A DNA stretch of 64,000 bases from the NCBI GenBank assembly GCA_016932015.1, contig JAFGDQ010000066.1, positions 23,617 through 87,616 on the forward strand. The letters are read 5' to 3'. The notes beneath the pieces are model-generated. The model ran no database searches and had not been told where the DNA came from. It saw only the letters and a program-made list of their open reading frames with translations. The DNA comes from Spirochaetota bacterium. Lineage in GTDB: Bacteria; Spirochaetota; UBA4802; JAFGDQ01. This document shows, piece by piece, positions 30,311 through 40,596 of this stretch; within the stretch, counting starts at the first letter, position 1; every line of letters starts with the position of its first letter. The translations under genes were made by a program, and so were the position numbers.

Positions 30311-31813
30311 ATGTCAAAAAATATAATGGTTCTGGGAACCGCATCATCAGTCGGGAAAAGCATAATCGCGGCAGCGCTTTGCAGAATTTTTGTTCAGGAC
30401 GGATTTAAAACCGCTCCTTTTAAATCACAGAATATGGCGTTAAATTCGTTTGTCACAAAGGACGGAGGTGAAATGGGAAGGGCGCAGGTTGTTCAGGCCG
30501 AAGCCTGCGGTATTGATCCGTCAGTATTGATGAATCCGGTTTTACTTAAACCGACTTCGGACAGAAAAGCACAGGTCATAATAAACGGCAAAGTTTTTCA
30601 AAATATGGATGCTGTTGAGTATCATGAATTCAAGCCTCAGGTTAAGGGCGTTATTACTGAAGCATATAATAAGCTGAGCAGTAATTTTGATGTAATAGTA
30701 CTTGAAGGAGCAGGCAGCCCCGCGGAAATCAACCTTCGTGAAAACGACGTGGTTAACATGGGCATGGCTGAAATGGTGGACGCGCCTGTTCTGCTTGTGG
30801 CTGATATAGATAAGGGAGGTGTGTTTGCTTCGATCTACGGTACTATAGCTCTGCTGAAACCTGAGGAGAAGGAGCGCGTAAAAGGCGTAATAATAAATAA
30901 ATTCAGGGGCGATGTCAAACTGCTTGAACCGGGAATAAAAACAATAGAGGAAATGACAGGTGTGCCTGTTCTGGGAGTTATTCCTTACGTCAGGGTGGAG
31001 CTTGAAGATGAGGACAGTGTTACGGAAAGGTTTAAAAGAAAAGAACACAGCGGAGAAATAAAGATTGATGTTATAAGACTGCCCCGTATTTCGAATTTTT
31101 CGGATTTTGATGCGTTCGGCATGCATGAAGATGTAAGTCTTAATTATGTGGAGACAGCTGATCAGATTGAAGATCCTGATATAATTATAATACCCGGAAG
31201 CAAGAACACGGTTTATGATATGTCATTCCTCAATGAATCAGGTATTGATAAAAAGATTCTGGATGCGCATAAAAACGGAACACTTCTTTTCGGGATATGC
31301 GCTGGATTTCAGATGCTGGGCGATGTTATTGAAGACCCTCATGGAATTGAAGGGCCTCAGAAATCCATAAAAGGTCTGGGTATCTTTAAGATCGGTACAT
31401 CTATTGCTGAAGAGAAAGTAACCAGGCAGGTAAAAGGGACTATAACCGCAAATACTGACATGCTTCAGGGACTGAAAGACGTGGACATACAGGGTTATGA
31501 AATTCACATGGGCCGGAGCTCTGGCCTGGATGATTATGAAATTCTGGCTGAAACGGATAACGGTGTAAACGGCATTACGGGAAACAATGCCGTAGGCACA
31601 TATCTGCACGGTATTTTTGACAGCGTGGATTTTACAAGAGGCCTGCTTAACAATGTAAGGGAAAGGAAAGGACTGAAGCCTCTTCAGTCAAAAGGTACTT
31701 TTTCAGAGAAGAAGGAAGGTGAATTCAATAAACTCGCGAAAACAGTTCGTGATAATATTGATATGAAAATGATCTATAAAATTCTGAATAACGGCGATGT
31801 TTCATCAAATTAA
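30311..31813 (+). CDS. cobQ: Cobyric acid synthase
   Basis: GTASSVGKS, PFKSQNMALNS, EGAGSPAEINL, ISNFSD, PGSKNT, GYEIHMG, GTYLHG. Confidence 0.96.
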   Translation: MSKNIMVLGTASSVGKSIIAAALCRIFVQDGFKTAPFKSQNMALNSFVTKDGGEMGRAQVVQAEACGIDPSVLMNPVLLKPTSDRKAQVIINGKVFQNMDAVEYHEFKPQVKGVITEAYNKLSSNFDVIVLEGAGSPAEINLRENDVVNMGMAEMVDAPVLLVADIDKGGVFASIYGTIALLKPEEKERVKGVIINKFRGDVKLLEPGIKTIEEMTGVPVLGVIPYVRVELEDEDSVTERFKRKEHSGEIKIDVIRLPRISNFSDFDAFGMHEDVSLNYVETADQIEDPDIIIIPGSKNTVYDMSFLNESGIDKKILDAHKNGTLLFGICAGFQMLGDVIEDPHGIEGPQKSIKGLGIFKIGTSIAEEKVTRQVKGTITANTDMLQGLKDVDIQGYEIHMGRSSGLDDYEILAETDNGVNGITGNNAVGTYLHGIFDSVDFTRGLLNNVRERKGLKPLQSKGTFSEKKEGEFNKLAKTVRDNIDMKMIYKILNNGDVSSN

Positions 31814-32726
31814 TATTCTATTCGGATTCGTGCTGGATCTTATTTTCGGTGACCCGTATACTTTTCCTCACCCTGTTAGATTCATTGGAAAGTATATTGA
31901 GATTCTCGAAGAACCTCTGAGGAAAATATCAAGCCTTAAAATTGCAGGAATACTGCTGACAGTCATAGTTGTCATAACCGCCTATTTTGTGACTTTGTAT
32001 TTTTCGGCAATTTCCATAGTCCTTGAAATATTTATAATTTATACTATCTTTTCAACAAGAACGCTTTCCAATGAAGCAATGAATGTGTATTCATGCCTGA
32101 AGTCAGGTGATCTTAATTCCGCAAGAATACAGATAAGTTATCTTGTAAGCAGGGACACTGACTGTATGAAAGAAGAGGATATTATAAGAGCAACGGTGGA
32201 GACCATATCCGAAAATATTGTTGATGGAATAATATCGCCGCTATTCTATCTTTTTATCGGCGGCGCTCCGCTTGGAATGGCTTATAAAGCGGCAAGCACT
32301 CTTGATTCAATGGTCGGTTATAAAAATGAAACATATATAGATTTCGGCTGGGCAAGCGCGAGACTGGATGATGTGCTTAATTTTATTCCGGCAAGGATTA
32401 CAGCTGTCCTGATTCCGTTTGCCGCATTATTCTGCGGATACGATGCGAAGAATTCATTCCGTATTGCTTTGCGCGACAGGCATAAACACAGCAGCCCGAA
32501 TTCGGCATATTCAGAGGCTGCGGTAGCAGGGGCAATAGGGTGTCAGCTTGGCGGGCCTGCGAGTTATTTCGGGCAGAGAGTGATCAAGCCCTATATAGGG
32601 GACAGGATCAGGGAAGTTAACAGAGGGGATATCATAAGAACAATAAGGATTATGTATTTTACTTCTTTTCTCGGGCTCGTGCTCGGATGCTTTGTGCTTT
32701 ATATTGTTAAAATGTTTTTTACTTAA
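31797..32726 (+). CDS. cbiB: Adenosylcobinamide-phosphate synthase
   Basis: GDP...HPV, LVSRDT, ETISENIVDG, TLDSMVGY, ARLDDVLNFIPAR, HSSPNS. Confidence 0.95.
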   Translation: MFHQINILFGFVLDLIFGDPYTFPHPVRFIGKYIEILEEPLRKISSLKIAGILLTVIVVITAYFVTLYFSAISIVLEIFIIYTIFSTRTLSNEAMNVYSCLKSGDLNSARIQISYLVSRDTDCMKEEDIIRATVETISENIVDGIISPLFYLFIGGAPLGMAYKAASTLDSMVGYKNETYIDFGWASARLDDVLNFIPARITAVLIPFAALFCGYDAKNSFRIALRDRHKHSSPNSAYSEAAVAGAIGCQLGGPASYFGQRVIKPYIGDRIREVNRGDIIRTIRIMYFTSFLGLVLGCFVLYIVKMFFT

Positions 32727-32758
32727 GGACTTTATTTTAATAAGGAAATTTAAAAGGG

Positions 32759-33835
32759 ATGGATGCTCACGGCGGCAATATATATAAACTTGAGAAAGAA
32801 TTCAATATCAGTAAAGAGGATATAGTTGATTTCAGTTCCAACATAAATCCGCTTGGAATTTCTGAAAAGCTGAAAAATGAAATAATTAACAATATGGATA
32901 TTCTTCAGTATTATCCTGATCCTGAATATAATGATTTAAAGTCCGCTATTGCACGGTATATTGGTGATGATACTGATCACATCTTTGTCGGGAATGGAGC
33001 TGTTGAGCTTATATTCCTGTATGCAAGAATTCTTAAGCCTGAAACCGCATTGATTCTGTCTCCGGGTTTTATTGAATATTCTCTTGCGTTGAATCATGCG
33101 GGTACAAAAATAGCACATTACAGGTTAAACGAAAAAGATAATTTTTACCCTGATATTCAGGGATTGAAGAAAGAAATGGAAAAGGGTTATGAACTCATTG
33201 TTATATGCAATCCGAATAATCCTACCAGTATGTTCATTGAACCTGAAGCTGTTCTGGAAATAATTTCTTTTGCCGATAAGCGGAATCAGCGTGTTCTGCT
33301 TGATGAATCCTTTATAGAATTTGTAGATCCCGCATACGCCTCTTCAAATATATCATTGTTTAAAAAATACAGGAACGTTTTTCTTTTACGCTCGCTTACC
33401 AAGTTTTTCGCAATTCCCGGACTCAGGCTGGGGTATGCGGTCAGCCATGACAGCGGCTTCATGAAAAGCCTGAAAAAATACAGAGAGCCATGGACAGTGA
33501 ACCAGTTCGCAGACCTTGCAGGGAGGACACTGCTCAAAGATAAAGATTATATCAGTAACTCTGTTGAGCTGGTAAGTAAAGAGAAAGCGTTTCTGTACAG
33601 TGCGTTGTCTGCTGTTGAATGGCTGAAGCCGTTCGAGCCTTTTGCCAATTTTATGTTAGTAAAACTTCAGGCAGATTTAACTTCAGCAGACTTAAAGGGA
33701 ATACTTCAAAAACAGGGTATTCTTATAAGGGACGCGTCCAACTTTAAATTTCTCAATAACAAATTTGTCCGCTTTGCTGTTAAGAACAGAAAATGCAATG
33801 AGAAGCTTTTAAACGCTTTATCAAATATCGGATAA
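32759..33835 (+). CDS. cobD: L-threonine-O-3-phosphate decarboxylase
   Basis: HGGN, DFSSNINP, CNPNNPT, DESF, SLTKFFAIPGLRLGY (PLP Lys). Confidence 0.9.
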   Translation: MDAHGGNIYKLEKEFNISKEDIVDFSSNINPLGISEKLKNEIINNMDILQYYPDPEYNDLKSAIARYIGDDTDHIFVGNGAVELIFLYARILKPETALILSPGFIEYSLALNHAGTKIAHYRLNEKDNFYPDIQGLKKEMEKGYELIVICNPNNPTSMFIEPEAVLEIISFADKRNQRVLLDESFIEFVDPAYASSNISLFKKYRNVFLLRSLTKFFAIPGLRLGYAVSHDSGFMKSLKKYREPWTVNQFADLAGRTLLKDKDYISNSVELVSKEKAFLYSALSAVEWLKPFEPFANFMLVKLQADLTSADLKGILQKQGILIRDASNFKFLNNKFVRFAVKNRKCNEKLLNALSNIG

Positions 33836-34049
33836 TCCATAAACAGGTCCTTCCGGATTTTATCAATGCATTTTGATGAAATTCATGTGGAAATTTAAAC
33901 TCATCCAAATTAATTTTTTACCAAATTAAAAATAATTTGCCTTTATTTGTTTCCGGAGTTATACTTAATGATCCAGCCACTGATCCTGCATAGATAATTA
34001 TTTCCATATAAACGTGAGCTATTTTTTCATGATTAAAAGAGGATTGATT

Positions 34050-35678
34050 ATGAATAAGGCAGAATTTTCCAAAGGTAAATTATTGCTGAAGTTAACTAAA
34101 AAATGCGAAATGTTTTTTTATCCGTTTGTTCTTCCTCTTGGAGTATATTTTGTATATTTCACAGGCGGTTTCGAAGGGGAGACCCTGCTTCATCTTGTAA
34201 TTGGGACAGCTATAGCAGTATCGTTTGTCACTCCAGTAGGCTATGTATATTTATACAGAAAAGTTGCTGTGATTCTGGATGCTTTTAATGATGAAAATTA
34301 CGACGGCCGTTTGATAAAAATAAAAATACTTCATTTGCCATGGATTTTTTCCTTAGCTTCTTCTACGCGCTGGATTGTGGGAGGAAGCATTGCGGTTTTA
34401 TATTGCTCAATAGCAACCGGGCTCACACTGTTACAGGTAATACCTTTCTTATTAATAGTCCCTCTTCTGGCATTAATTCATTTCTCAATGGCATTTTTTA
34501 ATGTTGAAAGCGAGCTTAAGGATCTGCTTTCAATTGATAAAATAAGGGACACCCGGCTTAAAGAGAATGATTTCAGGGGGCTTTCATTTACCAAGCGTGT
34601 ACTTCTGACAGTGATTCCTGTGGCGGCAACTCCAATGATTGTACTTGGCTATCAGCTCATACTTATGAATTTACAGATAAATTTTGAGAAGAATATATCT
34701 CTTTATATTATGCTGATTTTGTTTCTGTCTGCTGCAACGATAGCTCTGCTCGCGTATTTTATGACATCCAATATTAAAGTTACTGTCAGAAATCTTCATG
34801 ACGCGCTTGATAAAATCAAGGACGGGAGACTGGATCTTTCAGGCGTCCCGATGATAACCTCAAGCGAAATAGGAATGATCAGTCAGAGCGCGAATTCCCT
34901 GATTATTAAATTACGTGATGTCATGTCCATGGTGCAGCGCTCAGCGGAAATTGTTTCGGAAATGAGCTCGAATATTCAGGAAGCATCAGGAGGGCTTTCG
35001 CAGGCTGCCAATGAGCAGGCTGCAAGTGTTGAGGAGATACTGGCTACGGTAAATGAACTGCTTTCAACAGTTAAGCAGAATGCCGAAAGTGCCGGAGAGG
35101 CCGAGAACCTTGCGGACAATTCATACAAGCTCGCTGAGAATGGAAACAAGGTTATGGATGAAGCTGTAAACACCTTTTCTGAAGTAAGTAAGTCGGCAGA
35201 AAAGATCAGCAGTATAATCGAAATAATAAACAGCATTACATTCCAGACAAATATCCTGTCATTGAACGCTGCTATTGAGGCCGCGCGCGCAGGCGAGCAC
35301 GGGCGGAGTTTTTCCGTTGTTGCGGGTGAAGTCCGTAATCTCGCGCAGCGTTCCGCAGAATCGTCCAAAGAGATTGCCAAATTGATTGAAATGTCGGTTA
35401 ATCAGATTAATGATGGAGCAAAACTTGCAAAGGAAAGCGGATCGTCCCTGAAGAAAATTTACGAGGCGGTATCTCTTGTTCATCAGATGACGTCAGAAAT
35501 AAATAATGTCAGCGGAGAGCAGAAGACCGGGCTGCAGCAGATAGCTGATTCAATATCGCAGACTTCATCCGTAACGCAGGAGAATGCGTCAGCTGCGGAG
35601 GAATTATCTGTTGCCGCGGATTCATTGCGCAGCAATGCGTCTGAGCTGAAGGATACTGCCAGGTATTTTACTATGTAG
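34050..35678 (+). CDS. Methyl-accepting chemotaxis protein with multi-TM N-terminus
   Basis: About 6 TMs, HAMP (SEIG), [34 protein letters not shown]. Confidence 0.93.
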   Translation: MNKAEFSKGKLLLKLTKKCEMFFYPFVLPLGVYFVYFTGGFEGETLLHLVIGTAIAVSFVTPVGYVYLYRKVAVILDAFNDENYDGRLIKIKILHLPWIFSLASSTRWIVGGSIAVLYCSIATGLTLLQVIPFLLIVPLLALIHFSMAFFNVESELKDLLSIDKIRDTRLKENDFRGLSFTKRVLLTVIPVAATPMIVLGYQLILMNLQINFEKNISLYIMLILFLSAATIALLAYFMTSNIKVTVRNLHDALDKIKDGRLDLSGVPMITSSEIGMISQSANSLIIKLRDVMSMVQRSAEIVSEMSSNIQEASGGLSQAANEQAASVEEILATVNELLSTVKQNAESAGEAENLADNSYKLAENGNKVMDEAVNTFSEVSKSAEKISSIIEIINSITFQTNILSLNAAIEAARAGEHGRSFSVVAGEVRNLAQRSAESSKEIAKLIEMSVNQINDGAKLAKESGSSLKKIYEAVSLVHQMTSEINNVSGEQKTGLQQIADSISQTSSVTQENASAAEELSVAADSLRSNASELKDTARYFTM

Positions 35679-35774
35679 CAGGAAAAGAGTTAAAGGTTCG
35701 TTCCCGGAAGGCCGGATAAATAAATTCGATTTGATTCAGGATGATATTTTTTTCAAATACGGAAAGTTTTAACG

Positions 35775-36668
35775 TTATTGAGTAAGGCAAATCCCGAGCC
35801 CGATTTTCCTTTGATATACATTATAGTCAATCAGACTTTCACCATAACCTTCCCAGTAATGGAAAATCCATTTCATACTGTTTGTTGCCATGGGAACAGT
35901 CAGATTTACTTCAAATGATCCTTTTTTCCAGCGCTGATGGTAGCGGAATGTTCCTGAAAGCCAGGTATTAAATAAAGAAGGAAATTTAGCGGTCAGATTC
36001 AGCTCTCCGTATCCGTAATATCGGATAATGTCGGGATTGTCATCCCTATCCTCGTCTGTAGAATCCTTCTTTTCTTTTTCCGGAAACCTGTACCATAGTT
36101 TCAGTGATGCGATTAAAAAATCATTTTCATAATACGGAGTAAAATATATCCTGTTCCAGCTTCGCGACTCAGGCAGCTCCTGACCGTTTGATTCGTGTTC
36201 AAGTCCCAAATCTGTACGTATTCCGTACCACATTTTTGTCCGAATGAAGAGCTCGGGATTGAAATTATTTTCACGGAAAGGGGACGAATTATCAATATCA
36301 TACGCCTGCCAGAATGATTTCTGCGAATAAGCGAAATAAAATGCCCATCCGTAAAATCTTAAGAGGCGCTGCTTTACACTTATCTGGAACTTGATTTCTT
36401 TATTCTTGCGGTCATTTGTATGATTACCTAGAGTAATAGGCAGAACATAATTCTGTTTATGCGTGGAAAAACCGTTCTCAACATTATTTGATTTATTGTA
36501 GTCAATGATTTCTTCAACAGACGGAAGCTCTAAATCTGCAGCAGAATCGCCTGTGGGCTGTTCTAGCTCTTTTTCCGCTCTTAGCGAAGATCTGAATACC
36601 ATAATTATCGCGAGCAGAAAATAAAAGATGCGATGCGTCTTATGCGTCTTGATTATTTTTGATATCAT
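35775..36668 (-). CDS. pldA: Outer-membrane phospholipase A
   Basis: EIKFQISVK, YSQKSFWQ, SSPFRENNFNPE, catalytic HESNG, SRSWNR, GYGESLIDYN. Confidence 0.9.
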   Translation of the reverse strand: MISKIIKTHKTHRIFYFLLAIIMVFRSSLRAEKELEQPTGDSAADLELPSVEEIIDYNKSNNVENGFSTHKQNYVLPITLGNHTNDRKNKEIKFQISVKQRLLRFYGWAFYFAYSQKSFWQAYDIDNSSPFRENNFNPELFIRTKMWYGIRTDLGLEHESNGQELPESRSWNRIYFTPYYENDFLIASLKLWYRFPEKEKKDSTDEDRDDNPDIIRYYGYGELNLTAKFPSLFNTWLSGTFRYHQRWKKGSFEVNLTVPMATNSMKWIFHYWEGYGESLIDYNVYQRKIGLGICLTQ

Positions 36669-37036
36669 TTTATATTTTTAAATCTCATAGATAATAGTTA
36701 TATATCCTGAAATTGTTTAGTCAATAAAATTTTAATTGGATCGCTAATAAAGGCGCAACGCTTATGATTTAAAATTGTTGCCGGATGAGGTAAAATCAGT
36801 ATAATGTATGCAATTAAGGAAAAACCATAAAACGCTATTATCTTTGTTCCGGTTTAACATAATAAAAATAGAATTGAGGAATATTTAATACAAGAATTTT
36901 CAGGTGAATAATTCCATTAAATTTTATGGACTTATATATGATTTTATGGTAAAATTCTTAATAAAGTAACGCAACCCGATTTGCTTATTATGATAGTTTT
37001 ACATAATGCGGGCTTGAAAGCATTTAAGGTCATAAT

Positions 37037-40000
37037 ATGAAAGGCTCTAATAAAAGCAAAGCTGAACTTATTGCTGAACTGAACGAGATGCGGGAACGTG
37101 TTTCCGAACTGGAAAAATCGGAGATCAAATGTAAACAGGTTGAGAATAAAATGCGTGAAGAGAATGTCCGGTTTCAATCCGCTTTCGACTCAATGCCGGA
37201 CGGCCTGTCAATACAGGACAAAGACTACAACATTCTTTTCCAGAACAAATTAACAAGCAGTATTTTTAAAAACACTTTAGGTGAAAAATGTTATAAAGTT
37301 TATGAAGGCCTTGATGCGGTTTGTGAAAATTGTGCGGTGGAAATGGCATTCAGGGACGGGAAACCGCATGTTTCCGTAAGAAAAAATCTGATGCTGTCCG
37401 GAGAAACTGTTTACTGGGAGAATTCCGCGAATCCTGTCAGAAATGAGAATGGTGAAATAGTCGCATGTCTTGAAATTAATAGAGACATTACTGAAAGCAA
37501 ACGGGCTGAGCAGAAAATTATGGATGATGAGTTCCGTTACAGAACCGTAGCTGATTTTACAAATGACTGGGAATACTGGCAGAATTCCGACGGGTCACTG
37601 AATTATGTTTCGCCTGCCTGTGAAAAAATATCCGGATATTCCGCGGAGCAGTTAATACGGAATCCGAAGCTTCTGGATGAGTCTGTGTGTGATGAGGACA
37701 GGCTCATCTGGGAAAACCATTCTCATGATCCGGATCAGCTCATTCAGAAGAAAAGAGAGATTGAGTTTCGAATAAAAAGAGCTGACGGTACTATAATCTG
37801 GATTGAGCATAACTGCCGCCGGATTAAAAATGAAAACGGCGTATTTATGGGTTACCGCTGCAGGAACAGGGATATTACATCTCTGAAAAATACGGAAGAG
37901 GAGTTGAGAAGCAGCCGCCAGTTCCTGTATGATCTTATTGACCACAGCAGTGCAATTATCTGCGTCAAAGACCGTGAAGGACGTTTTGAACTTGTCAACC
38001 GGAAATGGGAGGAGGATTCGGGAATAAATCGCGAATATGCTATAGGTAAAACGGATAAAGAATTGTTTCCGGGAATGGACGGCGCAGAATACCGGACTTT
38101 TGATCTTGAAGTGATGGAATCAGGGGCTGCTAAAGAGTTTGAGATGATTCTGCAAGGGGAAGAGGGGAATAGATATATTCTTAATGCCGTTTTTCCCGTA
38201 AGGAACAGTGACGGCAGTATAAGGGGTACGTGCGCAGTTGGAACAAATATCACCGATTATAAGGTGATTGAGGAGGAGCTGAGAAGCAGCAGACGTTTTC
38301 TTTCGGAAGTAATTGAGCACAGCGCATCCCAGATAGCAGTTAAAGATATTGAAGGCCGTTATACCCTGGTCAATCAGGAATGGGAAAAAGAAACGACTTT
38401 TAAACGCGAGTATGCTCTTGGTAAAACAGATGAAGAATTATACAGTAAAGAGGACGCGATCAGGTTTCGTTCTGATGATAAAAAGGTCATCGAATCCGGA
38501 AAGCCGAAAGTTTTCGAGCTTGCTTTGGATGGGGAACAGGGAAGAAAATATATTCTTAATACTATTTTTCCTGTAAAGGACAGCGACGGCAGAATTACCG
38601 GAACCTGTGCTATGGGGACAAATGTAACGGAATATAAGCTGATTGAGGAAGAGTTAAGAAACAGCCGTCAGTTTTTATCAATACTTATAGAGTTCAGTCC
38701 TGCCGGTTTTTGCGTTAAAGATAATGAGGGCAGATATTTACTGGTCAACAGAACATGGGAAAATGAGACAGGTCTTAACCGTGAAGATGTTATTGGAAGA
38801 ACAGATGAAGAAATTTATCCTTTAGAAAAGAATAAGGCTAATGAAATCATGAGTTATGATAAGGAGGTTATGGAATCCGGGGAAAGGAAAGATTTTGAAT
38901 TTACGGTGGGCACCACAAATCTCCTGAATAATGTTTACCCTTTAAAAGATGAAAAGGGCAGAACTACGGGTGTTTGCTCAATTTCAGTTGACATTACAAT
39001 GCAAAAACATCAGGAAGCGGAACTGCTCAGGCTGCGTAATTATCTGTCCAACATAATTGATTCCATGCCATCCGTACTGGTTGGAGTGGATGCCGATATA
39101 AAAATTACCCAGTGGAATAAAACAGCAGAACAGGTTACAGGTATAGCCCCTGATGATGCAATGAACAAATCCCTGTACGAAGTATTTCCCGGAATGGAAT
39201 TTATAAAAGAGGAAATAAAAACAAGCATCAGATCCAGGGAGATAAAAAAAGAACACAGGCTGACTCAGCATCCGGAAGGCGGTGCTACTTATGAAGACGT
39301 TACTATTTATCCTTTGATAGCCAGTGAAATTGAAGGCGCTGTTATTCGTATTGATGATATAACGGAAAAAATGCGCATTGAAGAGATGATGATACAGAAT
39401 GAAAAGATGCTTTCAGTTGGAGGGCTTGCAGCAGGGATGGCGCATGAGATAAATAATCCGCTGGCAGGCATGCTTCAGACCGCAGGTGTTATGGCTAACC
39501 GGCTGAGTGCTTCTTCAAATATTCCCGCAAATATGGAAGCTGCTGAACAGGCCGGTACCACAATGGAAGCAATTCAGCATTATATGGAAATACGCAGTAT
39601 CCCGCGCATGATCGATACAATAAATGAATCAGGCAAGCGTGTAGCGGATATCGTATATAATATGCTCACTTTCGCCAGAAAGAGTGAGGCAAGTATTCTC
39701 CCTGTAGATATTGAAGAGCTTATCAGCAAAACAGTTGAACTTGCTGCCACTGACTATGACCTTAAAAAACAGTACGATTTTAAACTGATTGAAATTATTA
39801 CTGACTATGAGAAAAACCTGCCTCCTGTACCCTGTGAACAGGCCAAGATTCAGCAGGTTCTTCTGAACATCCTGCGCAACGGTGCTCAGGCTATGCAGGG
39901 AGTGAATACAAAGAATCCCAGGATTATTCTCCGGACGTATTTTTTAGAGGAACGGAAAATGGCTGTAATTGAGATAGAGGATAACGGGCCCGGGATGAGT

Positions 40001-40192
40001 GAAGAAACACGCAAGCGAATATTTGAGCCGTTTTTTACAACTAAACCGGTGGGAGAGGGCACTGGACTGGGTTTAAGCGTATCGTATTTTATTATTACTG
40101 AAAACCATCATGGAACAATAAATGTTGAATCCTCCCTCGGGCATGGAACAAAATTTATTATTCATTTACCTGTTGAAAGGACTGTATCATGA
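37037..40192 (+). CDS. Cytoplasmic multi-PAS sensor histidine kinase
   Basis: About six PAS/PAC modules; AGMAHEINNP, NILRNG, DNGPG, EPFFTTK, GTGLGL. Confidence 0.93.
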   Translation: MKGSNKSKAELIAELNEMRERVSELEKSEIKCKQVENKMREENVRFQSAFDSMPDGLSIQDKDYNILFQNKLTSSIFKNTLGEKCYKVYEGLDAVCENCAVEMAFRDGKPHVSVRKNLMLSGETVYWENSANPVRNENGEIVACLEINRDITESKRAEQKIMDDEFRYRTVADFTNDWEYWQNSDGSLNYVSPACEKISGYSAEQLIRNPKLLDESVCDEDRLIWENHSHDPDQLIQKKREIEFRIKRADGTIIWIEHNCRRIKNENGVFMGYRCRNRDITSLKNTEEELRSSRQFLYDLIDHSSAIICVKDREGRFELVNRKWEEDSGINREYAIGKTDKELFPGMDGAEYRTFDLEVMESGAAKEFEMILQGEEGNRYILNAVFPVRNSDGSIRGTCAVGTNITDYKVIEEELRSSRRFLSEVIEHSASQIAVKDIEGRYTLVNQEWEKETTFKREYALGKTDEELYSKEDAIRFRSDDKKVIESGKPKVFELALDGEQGRKYILNTIFPVKDSDGRITGTCAMGTNVTEYKLIEEELRNSRQFLSILIEFSPAGFCVKDNEGRYLLVNRTWENETGLNREDVIGRTDEEIYPLEKNKANEIMSYDKEVMESGERKDFEFTVGTTNLLNNVYPLKDEKGRTTGVCSISVDITMQKHQEAELLRLRNYLSNIIDSMPSVLVGVDADIKITQWNKTAEQVTGIAPDDAMNKSLYEVFPGMEFIKEEIKTSIRSREIKKEHRLTQHPEGGATYEDVTIYPLIASEIEGAVIRIDDITEKMRIEEMMIQNEKMLSVGGLAAGMAHEINNPLAGMLQTAGVMANRLSASSNIPANMEAAEQAGTTMEAIQHYMEIRSIPRMIDTINESGKRVADIVYNMLTFARKSEASILPVDIEELISKTVELAATDYDLKKQYDFKLIEIITDYEKNLPPVPCEQAKIQQVLLNILRNGAQAMQGVNTKNPRIILRTYFLEERKMAVIEIEDNGPGMSEETRKRIFEPFFTTKPVGEGTGLGLSVSYFIITENHHGTINVESSLGHGTKFIIHLPVERTVS
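37895..39010 (+). repeat. Three tandem PAS-PAC modules, 375-nt period
   Basis: EEELR(S/N)SR(Q/R)FL starts at 37895, 38270 and 38645. Confidence 0.85.
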
Positions 40193-40596
40193 GCGAACCT
40201 GTTAACACAGTTTTAATTATTGATGATGAGGATTTTATAAGGCAGAGCCTTGCAGACTTTTTTGAGGACAGGCAGTGGAATGTCCTGCAGGCTGAAAGCG
40301 GGGAGCAGGCGCTTGAACTGCTGAAAACGGAATCTCCTGACGTCGCGCTTGTTGACATTCGTCTGGGCGGGATGGACGGCAATGAATTTATTCTGAAAGC
40401 CGGTAAAATAAAACCGGACATGGCTGTCATCATCTGCACAGGATCTCCTGAATATAATATTCCGCCGGAAATACTCAATATACCTTCTGTACTGGATCAT
40501 TCTGTTAAAAAGCCGGTAACTGATATGGATCAGCTGGAAAGAGATCTCATGCGGCTTATTACTGATATACAAAATAAGAAGGTGTCAGATGAATGA
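40189..40596 (+). CDS. Single-domain response regulator
   Basis: LIIDDE, ALVD, ICTG, KKP. Confidence 0.9.
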   Translation: MSEPVNTVLIIDDEDFIRQSLADFFEDRQWNVLQAESGEQALELLKTESPDVALVDIRLGGMDGNEFILKAGKIKPDMAVIICTGSPEYNIPPEILNIPSVLDHSVKKPVTDMDQLERDLMRLITDIQNKKVSDE

